Below, piece after piece: positions 1 to 13,149 of a DNA stretch of 64,000 bases. The notes beneath the pieces are model-generated. The model made no database searches, was not told the DNA's origin, and worked only from the letters and a program-made list of their open reading frames with translations. The translations under genes and the position numbers were made by a program. The DNA comes from Lama glama. Its lineage: Eukaryota. Numbering within the stretch: the first letter of the stretch is position 1; every line of letters begins with the position of its first letter. Location: contig CM052817.1 of the NCBI GenBank assembly GCA_028534125.1, forward strand, positions 101,124,001 through 101,188,000, in the 5' to 3' direction.

Positions 1-1009
1 AGCAGCCCTTGCAACCTGGCTTGACTCCAATAACAGCAGCGAGAGCCATGCCTCTTTCTGAGAGGCCCCGGGGACAGCCTGAGACAGGAGTCTCCAGAAG
101 GTGGATTCCCATGGCCCTGAGGGCTGGCCATCGGAGGTCAGCCTCCATCACCGCCCCTCTGCTTTCCAGCGGCCGGAACTGCTCACTCTTCACCCGGGGC
201 TGTCCACTATCTGTGCCGTCCACGGCTTCCAGACGGAATCCTGGGCCAGGGAGCTCTAGGAAGGGGCCGGGGCGGGCAGCATGGAAAACGGTGGCTGGGA
301 GCTGAAAATAACACACATACACAGCCAGGGAGGGTCACTTCCTAATTCCTACCTCAGGATGGATGTGGCAGATAAGTGGGAGGAGCAGGAGATGTGAGGG
401 CACAAGGGTGAGGGCCACCAATTGTTATGCTGCAAATACCCCGCCTCCAAAAGCACCCAGCTGCTGGCGGGGCCCCTGAGTTCACCTCGCAAGAGTTGTG
501 AAACTGACTTAGAGCAGTTCACACCCAGTGCAGGAGGAGAGAGGGTGGATGGCAGGGTTTGGCAGCAAATATACCCATGAGATAAGTGCAGTGACCTCAG
601 GTTAATCATCTCCTCCCACCCTAAAGCCCCTGACAGGCACCAGGGACAGCAAAGGAAGAAACAGCAGTTTCTGGCTGGGGTAGGGTGTGCGTGAGGAGGC
701 TGAGGAAAATCAAGCTGGAAAGGCAGGCAGAGGCCAGGCTGGAAGGGTCTTCAAAGTCCCGATTTGTTTATTTGTAAAGGATTTCAGGATATTCCTAGGG
801 CTATGGGAAGGGAGGTTCTTTGCACAAATGAGTGACATATCAGAGCAAGGCTTCTGATGCTCCAAGGGGCTGAGACTGGACCCTGAGAGTGATCAAACCC
901 CGAGGTGCCTCACTGAGCAGTGGGTGGGCACCACAGAAATATTATAAAGCCTGTAGCATAAGAGGCTGGCAGGTGGAAGACAATGATCCTTGGCCCTCCT
1001 GGCATCTGC

Positions 1010-1690
1010 TGGAATAGCTAAACTTCAAAGGGCTGACGATACCAAGTGCTGGTGAGAACATGGAGCCACCAGAATGTCCCATTTCGGCTGGTGAGAGAAG
1101 GGGGAAGCCCTCTCCTGTTTGCTTCTGTAAGATGCAAATTCAAAACTCTGATCAAGGTCTTTCTAAGAAATTGCCAGACCCTGTGGCTGTAAAACTGCTT
1201 TGGAAAGCTATCTGTTAATTTTTGATAAAGTTTAATATACTTACCCTATCATTCAGCATTCCTGCTTCTAGGTATGTACAGGAAAAATAAAATATAAAAT
1301 ATATGTGTGTGTGTGTGTATTCTCAGTAGCCAAAATGTTCACAGTAGCTTTATTCACAATAGTCAAGGTCTCCATCCACAAGAGAAGGAATAAACTGGGT
1401 AATTAATTGAGTACAGTAATACAACAAAAACTACTTAGAAATAAAAAGGAACCAGCTACTGACATACAGTACATGGAGGAATGTCACAGACGTGCACAAG
1501 GCCGGATGTAAGTGAGGACTTACTGTATGAGCCTATTTATATGAAGTTCAAGAACAGGCAAAATTAATCTAGTGTGATAGAAATCAGAGCAGCGATTGTC
1601 CCTGGGAGTGGGGGGTTCATTGGAAAAGGGCAGGAGGGAACTCACTGGGACAACGGAATTCTTCCATATTTTATTTGGGATGGTCATACC
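1010..1690 (+). mobile_element. Old L1 (L1M/L1ME-type) 3' fragment
   Basis: Degenerate L1 3' motifs: 'accaagtgctggtgagaacatggagc', 'cagcattcctgcttctaggtatgtac', 'tttatatgaagttcaagaacaggcaaaattaatct'. Confidence 0.7.
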
Positions 1691-2339
1691 AGAGGGCCAT
1701 AGAGCACTTTTTGTTTTTAATTCAGCAACTGGCAAGAATGGCATCTGTCAGAGCATCCTCTGGGAAACTTTATTCAGACCCTTCTCCTATGTCTGGTCTA
1801 GGTTCATCAAACTTACGTACAAGAAAGAGAAGAGGATGCTGTTTCTAAACCACAGCCCAAGCCTTATGTTATGGGTGCTGGAACCCAAGTCATTTAGCTT
1901 CTCCCTGCCTCAGTTCCCACATCTTTACAGCCAGAATAGGGTCTAGCAAACAGTAACTTTTCTCTATAAAGAGAATTTAATTCAAAATATAAGCAGGATT
2001 CAACTTCCAGTTTCTGGTCCAGCATGTAAGAAACTTGGAAGTTGCCATTTCATCCTAATAACAAGTAAAATGCTGAACAAACTGAAAGACTAAATGGTAC
2101 AGAGGAACCAATCAGTGAGCTAGAAGACAGGGTAGTGGAAATCAAATTTAAAAAGTTGTATTTACTGAGAGCAGGCACTAAGTATATGATATTCATTTAT
2201 AATTCTTTTATTTTCCCTATAAGGTAAAATGTATAATTTTTCATTTCAGATAAGAAAATTGAATTCACACATATTAAATTGTGTGCTTAATTTTGACTCA
2301 TTTGTTTATTTGCCCACTTGACAAACTTTGTGTGCAACT

Positions 2340-2839
2340 NNNNNNNNNNNNNNNNNNNNNNNNNNNNNNNNNNNNNNNNNNNNNNNNNNNNNNNNNNNNN
2401 NNNNNNNNNNNNNNNNNNNNNNNNNNNNNNNNNNNNNNNNNNNNNNNNNNNNNNNNNNNNNNNNNNNNNNNNNNNNNNNNNNNNNNNNNNNNNNNNNNNN
2501 NNNNNNNNNNNNNNNNNNNNNNNNNNNNNNNNNNNNNNNNNNNNNNNNNNNNNNNNNNNNNNNNNNNNNNNNNNNNNNNNNNNNNNNNNNNNNNNNNNNN
2601 NNNNNNNNNNNNNNNNNNNNNNNNNNNNNNNNNNNNNNNNNNNNNNNNNNNNNNNNNNNNNNNNNNNNNNNNNNNNNNNNNNNNNNNNNNNNNNNNNNNN
2701 NNNNNNNNNNNNNNNNNNNNNNNNNNNNNNNNNNNNNNNNNNNNNNNNNNNNNNNNNNNNNNNNNNNNNNNNNNNNNNNNNNNNNNNNNNNNNNNNNNNN
2801 NNNNNNNNNNNNNNNNNNNNNNNNNNNNNNNNNNNNNNN
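2340..2839. other. Assembly gap (500 N)
   Basis: Run of N. Confidence 1.
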
Positions 2840-4910
2840 GAAGCAAGCAAAAGAAAGAAAGTAATAATGTAAGCGCAAAAATTAATAAAATTGAAACAGA
2901 GAAATGCCTGTTTCCAAATAAAGAAAATTAATTTTTAAAAAAGGGCTGGTTCTTTGAAAAGATCATAAAATTGATAAACTTCTAGCAAGACAAAAAGAGA
3001 GAGGACACAAATTACCAACATCAGGAATGAACGAAAGGTTATCACTAAAGACCCTGCAGACATCAAAAGGATAAGGGAATATTACAAGCAACTGTACATT
3101 CATAACTCTGACAGCTTTGATGAAATGGACCACAACTGCCAAAACTCGCCCAAAATGAAATAAATCATTTGAATAGTACTGTAACTGTTAAGGAAATTGA
3201 ATTCGTAATTTAATAACTCACAAAAAAAAATCTCTAGGCTTAATTTCACTGGAGAATTCCACCACTCATTTAAAAAAGAATTAATAGGAATTCTAAACAA
3301 TCTCTTCCAGAAAATAGAAGAGAGAGAACACTTTGCAATTTATTTCATGAAACTAGTGCTACCCTGGTAACCACAACTAGCCAAAGAGAGGATAAAAAAA
3401 ATTCAGACCAATGTCCCTCCTGAGTGTAGGTGCAAAAATTCTTCGCAAAATATTATCAAATAGAACTAAATAATATCTAAAAAAATTGTACACCATGACC
3501 AAGTAAGGTTTATTATTTATGCATTATTATTTATTATTATTATTAAGATTCAATATTTGAAAATCAATTAATGTAATCCATCATATTAACAGGCTAAAGA
3601 AGTACATGATCACATCAATCAATGCAACAAAAGCATTTGACAAAATTCAACACTCGTTCATGATAAAAAAAACTCTTGAAAAAATAGGCATAGAAGGGAA
3701 CTTCCTCAACTTGATAAAGAGTACGTACAAAAAACTGCCAACGTTTTACTTAATGGTGAAAGACTGAATGTTTTCCTTCTAACATCAGGAACAAGGCAAG
3801 AACGTGTACTCTCACCACGCTCATTAAGCATAGTGCTGGAAGTTCCAGCTAGTGTGACAAGGAAAGAATAGGAAATACCTGGCATACGGAATGCTCTGAG
3901 AAAGACTGCACTGAGAGGATACAACAGACCAGCTACCGAATGGGAGAAAATATTTGCAAACCACATATCCAACAAAGCATGATTATCTAGAACATATAAA
4001 GAACTCTCCAAACTCAACAGTAAAAGAGCAAACAATCCAATTAGCACATGATCCAAAGCTACGAAGAGACCTTTCACCAAGAAATATATAAAGATAGCAA
4101 ACAAGCATACCCACGATTGTTCCACGTCATTAACCACCAGGGAAATGCAAACCTAAACCACCATGAGGCATCACTACAAACACAACAGTGCCTGAATAAG
4201 AAATGTAACTACGACAAATACTGGTGGGGCACAATCAGAGAAGCTGGATCACTCATACATGGCTGGTGGGACTGTAACATGGTGCTGCCACCCTAGAAGA
4301 CAATCTGGCAGTTTCTTTAAAAACTAAACATACAACTACTATATAACCCAGCAGTTATACTCCTGGGCATCTATCCCAGAGAAACAAAGACTTAAGTTCA
4401 CACAAAAACCTGTACCACAATGTGTATGGCGGATTTATCTGTAATACCCCCAAACTGAAAGCAACCCAGATACCCTTCAGTGAGCGAATGGCTAAACAAA
4501 CTATGGTATAGGAATAAAAAAATAATGAACTATTAATACATGCAAAAACCTGGATTAATCTCCAGAGAATTATGCTGAGTGAAAAAAAACCAATTCAAAA
4601 GGTTACGTATTCTATGATTCTGTTTATTATAACATCCTTGCAATGATAAAATTATAGAAATGGAGAAGAGACTAGTGGTGGCCAATGGTTAAGGAAAGGG
4701 TAGAGCATGGAAAAGTGAGGTTGTCCTAGGACAACATGAGGGATCCTAGTGGTGACAGAAACGTTCTGCATCTTAACTGTACCAACGTCAACATCCTGGC
4801 TGTGATATCATCCTAGAGTTTTGCAGGATATTGAGTAAAAGGTACCTGATATCGCTCTGTATTACCTCTTACAACTTTATATGAGTCTCAGTCTAAAAAC
4901 TTTAATTTAA
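2840..4910 (+). mobile_element. L1 (L1MC/L1MD-like) ORF2 remnant and 3' end, internally deleted near ~3880
   Basis: RT-region motifs ('ggttctttgaaaagatc', 'gcatttgacaaaattcaacac', 'ggtgaaagactgaatgttttcc') jump directly to late ORF2 ('gaatgggagaaaatatttgcaaaccacatatcc') and an old-L1 3' UTR. Many stops and frameshifts. Confidence 0.9.
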
Positions 4911-4914
4911 AAAG

Positions 4915-5710
4915 TATTAAAGATAACAAAGAACTTGCTTATATTGGTCATATCTATCGATGTTTACCATATTAAAAATGAAAACAGAAACATTTAAAAA
5001 TAATTAATTCATTGAAAACAACAATATAACCAAACATGTTAATAGAAACAGCATATTTTAGGAAACATAATTATATTTTTCAAAACAAAGGAAAGTTAGT
5101 GAGAAAGTGGTATTGTTTTACATTCTTCAGATCTCTGTAATGTTTAGCTTAATCGAAACAGCTTGAGTCTTTTTTTATTACTAATAACTAATATTTTTTT
5201 AGATTTTTTCTTTTTCAGTTTTATTATGAAACAGCTAGATTCTTATATATGCTTCTGCAGTCTATCACTTGCAATGTTGTTTTAGTTGAAGTAAATGAAG
5301 ACAAGCCAGCCCCACTTTGATATGTAATTATAAAAGAGGAGGATATTTTAATGGCCTTTTCAAATAATGCTAGATATCCTTTCTTGATACTACACAAAAA
5401 CTTGATGAGTGATAACTTTTAAAAAAATTAGTTGTGGGGGTGGGAGGGTACAGCTCAGTGGTAGAGTGCAGGCTTAGCATGCACAAGGTCCAGGGTTCAA
5501 CCCCAGTACCTCCATTTTAAAATAAAAATTAGTTGTAATGTGGAATCTGAAACTATATCAATGAACTTTTTAATTCTCTGTTACCTCAAAATCCATTTAT
5601 CTATCTTACACTCTGAAGGGATCCATGCTTGAATTCTTGGCCTCCTGCAGCCCTGCAAGTTGTCTAGGACCACCAGGGGCTCCTGGACCACACTTTGAGA
5701 AACATTGCTC
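4915..5710 (+). mobile_element. hAT-Charlie1-like DNA transposon fossil, interrupted by a SINE
   Basis: 'atatctatcgatgtttaccatattaaaa', 'gagaaagtggtattgttttacatt' and the terminus 'ggaccacactttgagaaacattg' resemble Charlie1. Confidence 0.7.
5436..5523 (+). mobile_element. tRNA-derived SINE (camelid Vic-1-like), short form
   Basis: A box 'cagctcagtgg', B box 'ggttcaacccc', A-rich tail. TSD AAAAATTAGTTGT at 5423-5435 and 5524-5536. Confidence 0.92.
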
Positions 5711-7465
5711 TAGAGTTCTTAGTCTGAGACCTGCTATAAGTGCCCAATAAATGCATTAATCTGATGATGGAATATTGAAACCCTTAGTTCAAAGACTGCC
5801 TGCAGACTGGGCAGCTGAAATGATTAGAGATGGAGGTCTTGTCTGGGAGAAATCAGACAGCAAATACACATATTGCAGATCACATGGTCCTTGTCTCTGG
5901 CGCTTCCCCAAGGTGGCCCCGTGTCCATCTGTGTGCCTTGACCCGGTAGCGTGTCCTCAGAGAGGAAGGGCTCCTCTGCAGTACACCAGCCGGATGGGTG
6001 ATGTTTCAAGCACTTTTTAAAAGACGTTTTATTCTCTTTTTATAGATGAAGATGCTGAGTGATTGAAATGGCTTGTACAGAGAAGCGGACTGGGGACCAG
6101 GTGCCAGAACTCCTGCCCCTCTTCCCCGTCCACAGCCCCAGCAGAGCCATGAATGGCCCCTTTCAGCAGCTGTTAACCAGCTTATACTTTTCTCTTAAGA
6201 GGAGCATAATAGTTCCCCCATGAATCTAAACCAATGAAACAAGCAGTCCTTTCCCTTTCACAGTGAATAGTAACCCAGGAGAACTCACTGCCACAAGTTA
6301 TTTTGCAGCAAATAACTAAACAAGGATACAAACAAGATCAGACGCTCATCCAAATAGGGAAAACCATGGCAGGCTTTTAAGTCTGCTTTGAAGCAGCCTG
6401 TGGTCACCAACTCAAGTCTGGGAAGACATCTCAGTGAGAGATGATTAGGTGTGGGTTTTTTGTGTGATTCTGATTTTCAAGGGAAAGGTTTGCATCTTAC
6501 TCTGAAACACTCTGGGAAAGTCTGAGAAGAGATTAGCTGTGAAACTCTTATGAAGGCCCTGATGGATTTATAGTTACAACGACAGACAATAGGGACCTCT
6601 TTGTACGCTACAGTTTGTCCCTGAGGGACGCGGCAGTGTGTTGCAGGGGACTGTTTCCCTCAGGGAACTCCTGGGAGGGAGGGGCTGTGCCTTACTCACT
6701 GTGGCATCTGCACTGCCAGCCCCAGAAGTCGGACAGAGTTAGGGCTCAGTGAGTTGTTGAATTAACAAATCACGTTTAGCCAGCATGATGTCGAGCCCTT
6801 GTGAAGCAGTTACATACAAGTCAGTCATTCCAGGCTGTTCTAGAATTCTATGGAAAATGTCCTGGGATTCCATACAGAGAAAAAATTTAGTTGCATATGA
6901 TGTTGCTTTTTCAGAATTTTCTAAATTATTTTAGCTAATTTAATTTCATTTATCAAGCAACAGGACTTCTGGGATCCCAATCATGTTCATAAATGCCTCT
7001 CCTCTCTCTTCCCTGAGGACCTGGCTTCAGGCACAAGCCCGGTGTGCTACAGAGTCAGAAATAATTTGGAAGGACGGTTTCTAAAAGCAGAAATCGTCTT
7101 TTTGGTGTCATGCCAGGTCAGAAGCCAAAGTTCCCAGTCCCTCGAGGCATCTTGGAAATTGCCGCATGTTCTTTGATAGAAAAACAGGGACAAGAGATTA
7201 TTGTCGTCTACATTTTCTTTAAATTCTCATGGGTTTTGTGAGTATACGCATGCTTCTGAAGAGCTCTAAGTTAAATTTAATTACAATACATGTAACAACA
7301 ACAATAAAAACTCTATACAGTAAAGCATTCCAAGCCCCAGCCAGTGGCCTACTTACAATGGCAATGACACAGTCCTCAGGTTTGTTATAATGAGATTTGA
7401 TTTATGTCTGGGAATCCCTGAATATATGAATAGAGGATTTCACTATGATTTGTGGCTCTTACCGG

Positions 7466-7466
7466 G

Positions 7467-7510
<44 letters not shown>
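7466..7510. repeat. (GATA)n microsatellite
   Basis: Direct tandem repeat. Confidence 0.98.
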
Positions 7511-7515
<5 letters not shown>

Positions 7516-7639
7516 CAACTAATTTTTAGCTCAAGTTGACTTCATTCATTCATTTCACTAATTCGATAGTTAACTATTATAAAATAGGTTACCAAAATAA
7601 TTTTTTTCTTTTTTTTTAAAGTGCAGTGTTTTATCCTTG

Positions 7640-7793
7640 CTTTTTTTGCAGGAGGGGTGGGGTGGGAAGAAGGTAACTAGATTATTATTTATTTATTTAT
7701 TTTAAATTATTATTTTAATGGAGGTACTGGGGATTGAACCCAGGATCTCATGAATGCTAAGCACACACTCTACCACTGACATATAGCCTCCCC
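7640..7793 (-). mobile_element. tRNA-derived SINE (Vic-1-like), long-tail form
   Basis: 'ggaggtactggggattgaacccagg...ctctaccactga...cctccc' is the reverse complement of the SINE head, preceded by a T-rich tail. Confidence 0.9.
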
Positions 7794-7844
7794 ACAAAGC
7801 TATAGATTGTGACTATCTTTTATTTCTTTTTTTTTAATTAAAAT

Positions 7845-7981
7845 TTTTTTTTGCTTTTTGGAGGGGGAGGGAATTGTCTATTTCTTAAATTATTTTTTTT
7901 TAATGAAGGTACTGGCAATCGAACCCAGGACTTCCTGCATGCTAAGCATGCGATCTACCACTTGAGCTATATGCCTTCCCC
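7845..7981 (-). mobile_element. tRNA-derived SINE (Vic-1-like)
   Basis: 'ggtactggcaatcgaacccagg...gcatgctaagcatgcgatctaccacttgagctatatgccttccc'. Confidence 0.9.
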
Positions 7982-8819
7982 ATAAAAAATAAGTTTTTAA
8001 ATAAGCACTGTATATGCCTTACTGTATGCCAGACACTATTTAGATCCTTTGCTATGTTACATCATTTAATTTCTAACAACCTTACACTGTAGATATTTTA
8101 TTTGTCCCTGCCAAGAGTTTATAGTCTTCTGAGGGAGACAAATACTTAAACGGTAAGTCTAGAACATGGTAGATGTGGTGGTGGAGCCATTCCAGAGGAG
8201 TTATGCAGGCACAAGAGAGAGGCATGACTTCATTTCCCCAAAACATCAGAGATGAGTGGAAGCTAAACAATACTTGAGCTAAGTCATTATTTCTTCTTTC
8301 GTGTACAATTACTTAAACTTTTATGGTTTGAAAACATTCTTTAATATTTTATAAGAGTTAACCATATATATATACACACACACACACACACACTGAATCC
8401 TCTGTGTTCAGTATATTTCTAAATATTCAAGCACTAGGCTCTAAAATATATCAATTTTCTTCTAAAAGTGTTTTTAGATTTGACTTCTGCTGTTTTGAGC
8501 AATCTGGTGGTGAATCTGTATGGAGAGCCGTGAGCTTTATTCCTTGCGAAGTAAGAATATATAATGATGAGGTGAATTATTAAAAAGCAAATCTGGATAA
8601 CTTAGCGTGGAACACTTTGACCAAATTTTACAAAATGGCACTCATGGTCCAAATTGACTCTACATGTTTGCAAAAGTTTGAGTCATTGTTGAAACATTCG
8701 GGAAATTTCATGTAAAACAGGGTGGATTCCTCATTAAGACTGAGATTTCTGATTTCCCTTTGGAAAAATTGAAACCTGGGCCGATATTTTGGCCTGGACA
8801 ACAATCTTCTGGCCCTGAG

Positions 8820-10030
8820 AAGCAGCTGTTTCCTCAGGCTATGAGGAGATGGTCTTAAAAGGATGAGTAACTGAGTTTGGGAGGCTGGCATGAAAGACAG
8901 AGAAAATGGTATCAGAAAAGAGGCGTTGTGTGTGTGTGTGTGTCTGTGGAGAACTACAAGTGGTTCCCTGAGGCAGGAGTGTAAAATTTAAGTCAAAAGA
9001 AGTAAAGATGAGGTTTGAGAGGTTACAGTGGGCTAGATTTTGGCAGGCTTTGCATGTGATGCTAAGAGCTTGAACTCGATCCTATAGACAGCAAGCAGAT
9101 ATTTGAGTTTTAAGTAGGTGGGTTACATTCTCAGATTTCCACTCTAACCGGATCATTCTAATGGCAAGTGGAGGGAGAAGTTGAGGGCACCCAGCCTGAA
9201 GCCTAGGAGACTAGTTAAGAAGCTATTACAGTGATTAAGAAAGATAAGGAAAGGCTTGAACTCTGGTAGTGAAAGTGGGGATGGGGAAAAATACACAGAA
9301 TACTTGTGAGATATAAAGGAGCATAGAAAAAGTTCATGGTTTTATATTGTATGGAGCAAAAGGATGAGGAAGGAGATGAGAATACCTGCTAGGATTCTAA
9401 CCACTGGGTGGGTGGTGGTGCCATTTAGGATGGGAAGAGACCACAGAAGAAGGAGCAATGCAGAGGGGAAGAGAATGCTCATTCCCAGGCCTGTGAGTTT
9501 CGGTGTGTGGACGGCCAAGCAGAGATGTCCAAGAGGCACTTAGCTATAGGAGCTGTCTTAGTCCATTTGGACAGCTAGAGCAAGGAAGTCTGAGATCAAG
9601 CTGCTGGCAGATTCTGTCTGGTGAGGACCCACTTCCTGGTTCATAGAAGGCTGTCTTCTTACTGTGTCCTCACATGGCAGAAGGGGTGAAGGAGCTCTCT
9701 GGGGTCTCTTTTATAAAGGGCACTAACCCCATTCATGAGGGCTCCACCCTCATGCCCTAATTACCTCCCCAAGGCCCTACCTCCTAATACCAATGCATTG
9801 AGGAGTGGTTTCAACATAGAATTTGGGGGGCACATAAACATTCATTCTGTAGCAAGAGTCTAAGGCTTGATGAAAATGACTTACTTAGAGGTCAAATTTT
9901 GGTCGCCATTAGCAAATCAGTGGTTGTCAAACCAGGAGGGTGCTTCAATCAAGTCAGGGAGAGTTTACAGCTGGGAAGGGCAGTAGTAGAGGATGAACCC
10001 CGGGAACACCATCTTCTAATGCAACAGTGT
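8820..10030 (-). mobile_element. L2 fragment, interrupted by an MLT1A LTR
   Basis: Purine-rich degenerate sequence typical of antisense L2 ('ggagactagttaagaagctattacagtg', 'gtggtggtgccatttaggatgggaag', 'gagatgtccaagaggcactta'). Confidence 0.65.
9554..9854 (-). mobile_element. MaLR solo LTR (MLT1A-like)
   Basis: TG...CA termini ('tgtcttagtccattt' ... 'cattcattctgtagca'), plus 'tgtgtcctcacatggcagaagg' and 'cccattcatgagggctccaccctcatg'. Confidence 0.88.
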
Positions 10031-10189
10031 GCAGACTCTAACAACTACAGGGTGTGTTTTTGCAGCTCAAAGTTTGATTCCTGCCTTTTCACCGGAATGG
10101 CTTTTTTCTCTCCATCTATCCTCACATTCATTCCTTCCTCTTCTGTTCCTTCCTTGTCTTCTTTGCTATCTCATCATCTTCCTCCCTTC

Positions 10190-10790
10190 AATTTTTTATT
10201 ATAGAATATATCACATATAAAAAGAGGGCATGTAACACATAGGTATGGTTTCAAGACGGGTAATGAAATAAACACAGTACCACCTTAAGAAATAGTACAT
10301 TCCAGATGTAACCCTCACTGATTGCTTCTCCCCTTCTCCCTCCTCCCAGAAGTAATAACCATTATCCTGAATTCTGTGGTTTTCACATAGTTTTGTCATA
10401 TAGGGTTATCACTAAACAGTATTTTTCTTTTGAGGGGAGTGTTTATAAAAATAAAATAAAACTGTCTTTTTCCGTGATGGCCTATTATTGGTGTTGTTTC
10501 TCAGTATTATGCTTGAGACATCCATCTTTGCCAAACGTGTAGCTGTAGTTCATTCTTTCACTGCTCTTTGGTCCTTTGCATGCAGCAGTTTATCAGTTCT
10601 CTCCCAAATAGTCATTTGGGGCATTTTCTGGGTTGTGGCTGTAACGAATGGTGTCTTTAGGAACATTCTCAACAATGTGTTTGGTGAACATCTACACCGA
10701 GAGTTACACCTAAATTTGGAATTGCTGTATTGAACCGTGTGGGGAACTCAACCCTTTTCCAAAGTGGTTATACCAATTCATAATCCGATC
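10190..10790 (-). mobile_element. Old L1ME-type fragment
   Basis: 'aataaccattatcctgaattctgtg', 'ttttccaaagtggttataccaatt'. Confidence 0.65.
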
Positions 10791-11794
10791 GGAAGTCATC
10801 ATGCTTTTTTAAAATTAAGAATGTTTATTTTGTTGTAAAGAAACCTATGTTCATGAAATAACTTTTCAAATAGAAAAAAATTTGCCCATTGTTCTAATAC
10901 TCAATGACCAAGAAAACCACTTTTTTTTCTAGCATTCTTTCTTCACTTGCATTTAAACTTTTCTGTTCCACCTTCTTTCTCCCTTTGTTTTCCACTTTTC
11001 CTTCACAGATTCATTCTGGAGGCATTACCCTTGGTAGTCCTGTTTTCTTTTTCTGTTCTTTTTACTCACTTCCCCACCCAGAGTCCATGCCCCGAAATTC
11101 CCTGTGGATTCACAGGCTGGAGCAAAATCCCCGCCTTTGGAAAAGCAGAAGAGGGCAAGGTGCTGGTGGCCTCTGGAAAATCCCCCCAGGGCTCCCCGTC
11201 CTACTGACTGCAGCCTGTTTTGTTTTTTGGCTTTCTCTTTTTAATATGTGTCATCTGTACAGTTAGCCTTTGGGGACTAGCGGATATCGGGTCTGTTGAA
11301 CTCCCTGTCTGTTTCCTGAGCGGAAAGGTAAACAGCACTGGGACCTACTCAGTATTTCCCATGGGTTATGAACGCGGCAGGACGCTCTGAAAATAGAAAC
11401 ATCGGCTCAGTGAGGTGTCCCGAGGTGAGCAGGGCCTGGCCTGCTTGCTCCTCGCCAGAAACAGCCACTTATGGCCTCAGCAGATAGAGCAGATCAGAGT
11501 CCGGGTCCCCGCCAGGGCAGAGGGACCCTGAGACACTTCCATTTGTCTGGAGAGTCAGGGAGGAACCGGGGCCCCTTTCCAGAGGAAATGCTGTCGTTGG
11601 CTTCCAGCTGCCTGGCATGTGGGCATCGGGGCTCAGGGCTGTGTGATGCGCCCCTGTAATTAGTCCCGGGGAGATTCCCGGAGGTGAGGGGGCTGCTCTC
11701 TGAGTATCTGTGCTGCAGGGAGCTAAGAAGCTGGCCCCGGGGATCGGAGGGCGGGGTCTCACTCAGCCTCACTTCCGGTGCTTCCTCTCCTTGC

Positions 11795-11950
11795 CCCAAA
11801 CTGGAATTACTGGGTAGCTTTTAAAAAGACCAATACCTGAGTCCCACCCCCAGAGATTCTGATGGAATGAGGCCGGGGTAAGGTCTGGACGTCAGGAGCT
11901 TTCAAAGCCCTCCAGATAATTCTAACATGCAGCCAAAGCTGAGAAACACC
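11795..11950. mobile_element. MER5A-like hAT MITE
   Basis: 'cccacccccagagattctgat...gataattctaacatgcagccaaagctgagaaacac'. Confidence 0.8.
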
Positions 11951-12039
11951 ACATAAGCTCAAAGCTGAATGGTCCAGGGATACCAAGGAACCAACCGTTG
12001 CTTTCAGTTTTGCTTTAATAACCACCATTCATTGAAGCC

Positions 12040-12225
12040 CATTAAGTGCCAGCGAGGTGCTGAGCTCTGAACACACATCAGCTCATAATAATTAGCCCTG
12101 GGTCAATGGTAAGGAAACAAAGGCTCAGAGAGGTTAAGGGATTTTCCGGAGTTTACACAGCAAGTTCGGATTTAAATCCTGATCTTTCTGACTGTCTGTG
12201 CTCTGACCACTTTCCCATGCTGCCC
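12040..12225 (-). mobile_element. MIR SINE
   Basis: Core 'aaggaaacaaaggctcagagaggttaagggattttcc'. Confidence 0.7.
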
Positions 12226-13149
12226 CAGGTGACCTCTCCTTTGGAGAAATATCAAGAATGGTTTGGAGAATGAGAGAGCCCTTTCATTCAAGGTAGCAAG
12301 TTAGCATGATTTAAAACATGAATGAGGGAGAGACAGAAGAATGCAAGGGAGTGAGGAAAGAGGAGGGAGTTGCCTAATTTGAATTTGGGATCAAAATCCT
12401 TCTACAATGAAGTCTTTCTTTCAGCAGCTCAGAGGAGCCATAGTCATCTGCTACAATCTGGGGGCCCAGCTGGTGGTGGGGAGAGGCAGGCCTGGGCAAG
12501 GCTCTGACTCAGCTTTGATGACAGACAGAGGCGCTCTCTCGCCCACAGCATCCGTCTGCCAGACCCCTTGGTTTGGGGCCTCGGAGATCAGCACACACAT
12601 CTCTGGAGACTGGGGCATCCCTGCAGGGCACAGCCAGGTCAGCCAAGGAGCAGGACACAGCTAAGGAACTGGCGATGTGTTTTTAATTTTCTTATTATCC
12701 AATTCCTTGTGTACTTTTTTTTTTTTATGGTGAGTAAACACTGAAAATAGTGACTGTTACATGGGCACTTATTCCACAATCTGTTCTTGAATTTACACTC
12801 TCTCCGAAGGTGCTTACTGTAGACTGAAAATCTATTTTAAAGATCAAACTATAGGGCCTAAGGCTGTATCAGCGATGGCATCAGATGCCTGCAGGCTTTC
12901 TCTGCAGCGGCCGCAGGGTGGCCAAGCTGCTATCCCACGACCGGCTCCTTCCGTGGCTTCTGTCCTGCCACCTTTCTGGCTTGAACCACAGATTCCCACT
13001 TTCCAAATTTCTGAGGCAGGGATTCGTCTGGTTCTTACTTTCCCACAGTTGAGCCTGGAACACTATCTGAAGGGCCCTGCGGGAGCTGCTCCCTTCCTGC
13101 CGAGAGGCTGGTTCTTGTCGTGTTGACATCTCCCTGCTCTGACACGGTC

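Noticed and set aside
2281..2931. Six 178-216 aa ORFs
   Set aside because: They consist almost entirely of X from the 500-N gap.
8560..8760. Possible C/D box snoRNA (ATGATGA near 8565)
   Set aside because: No suitably placed CTGA D box with a terminal stem.
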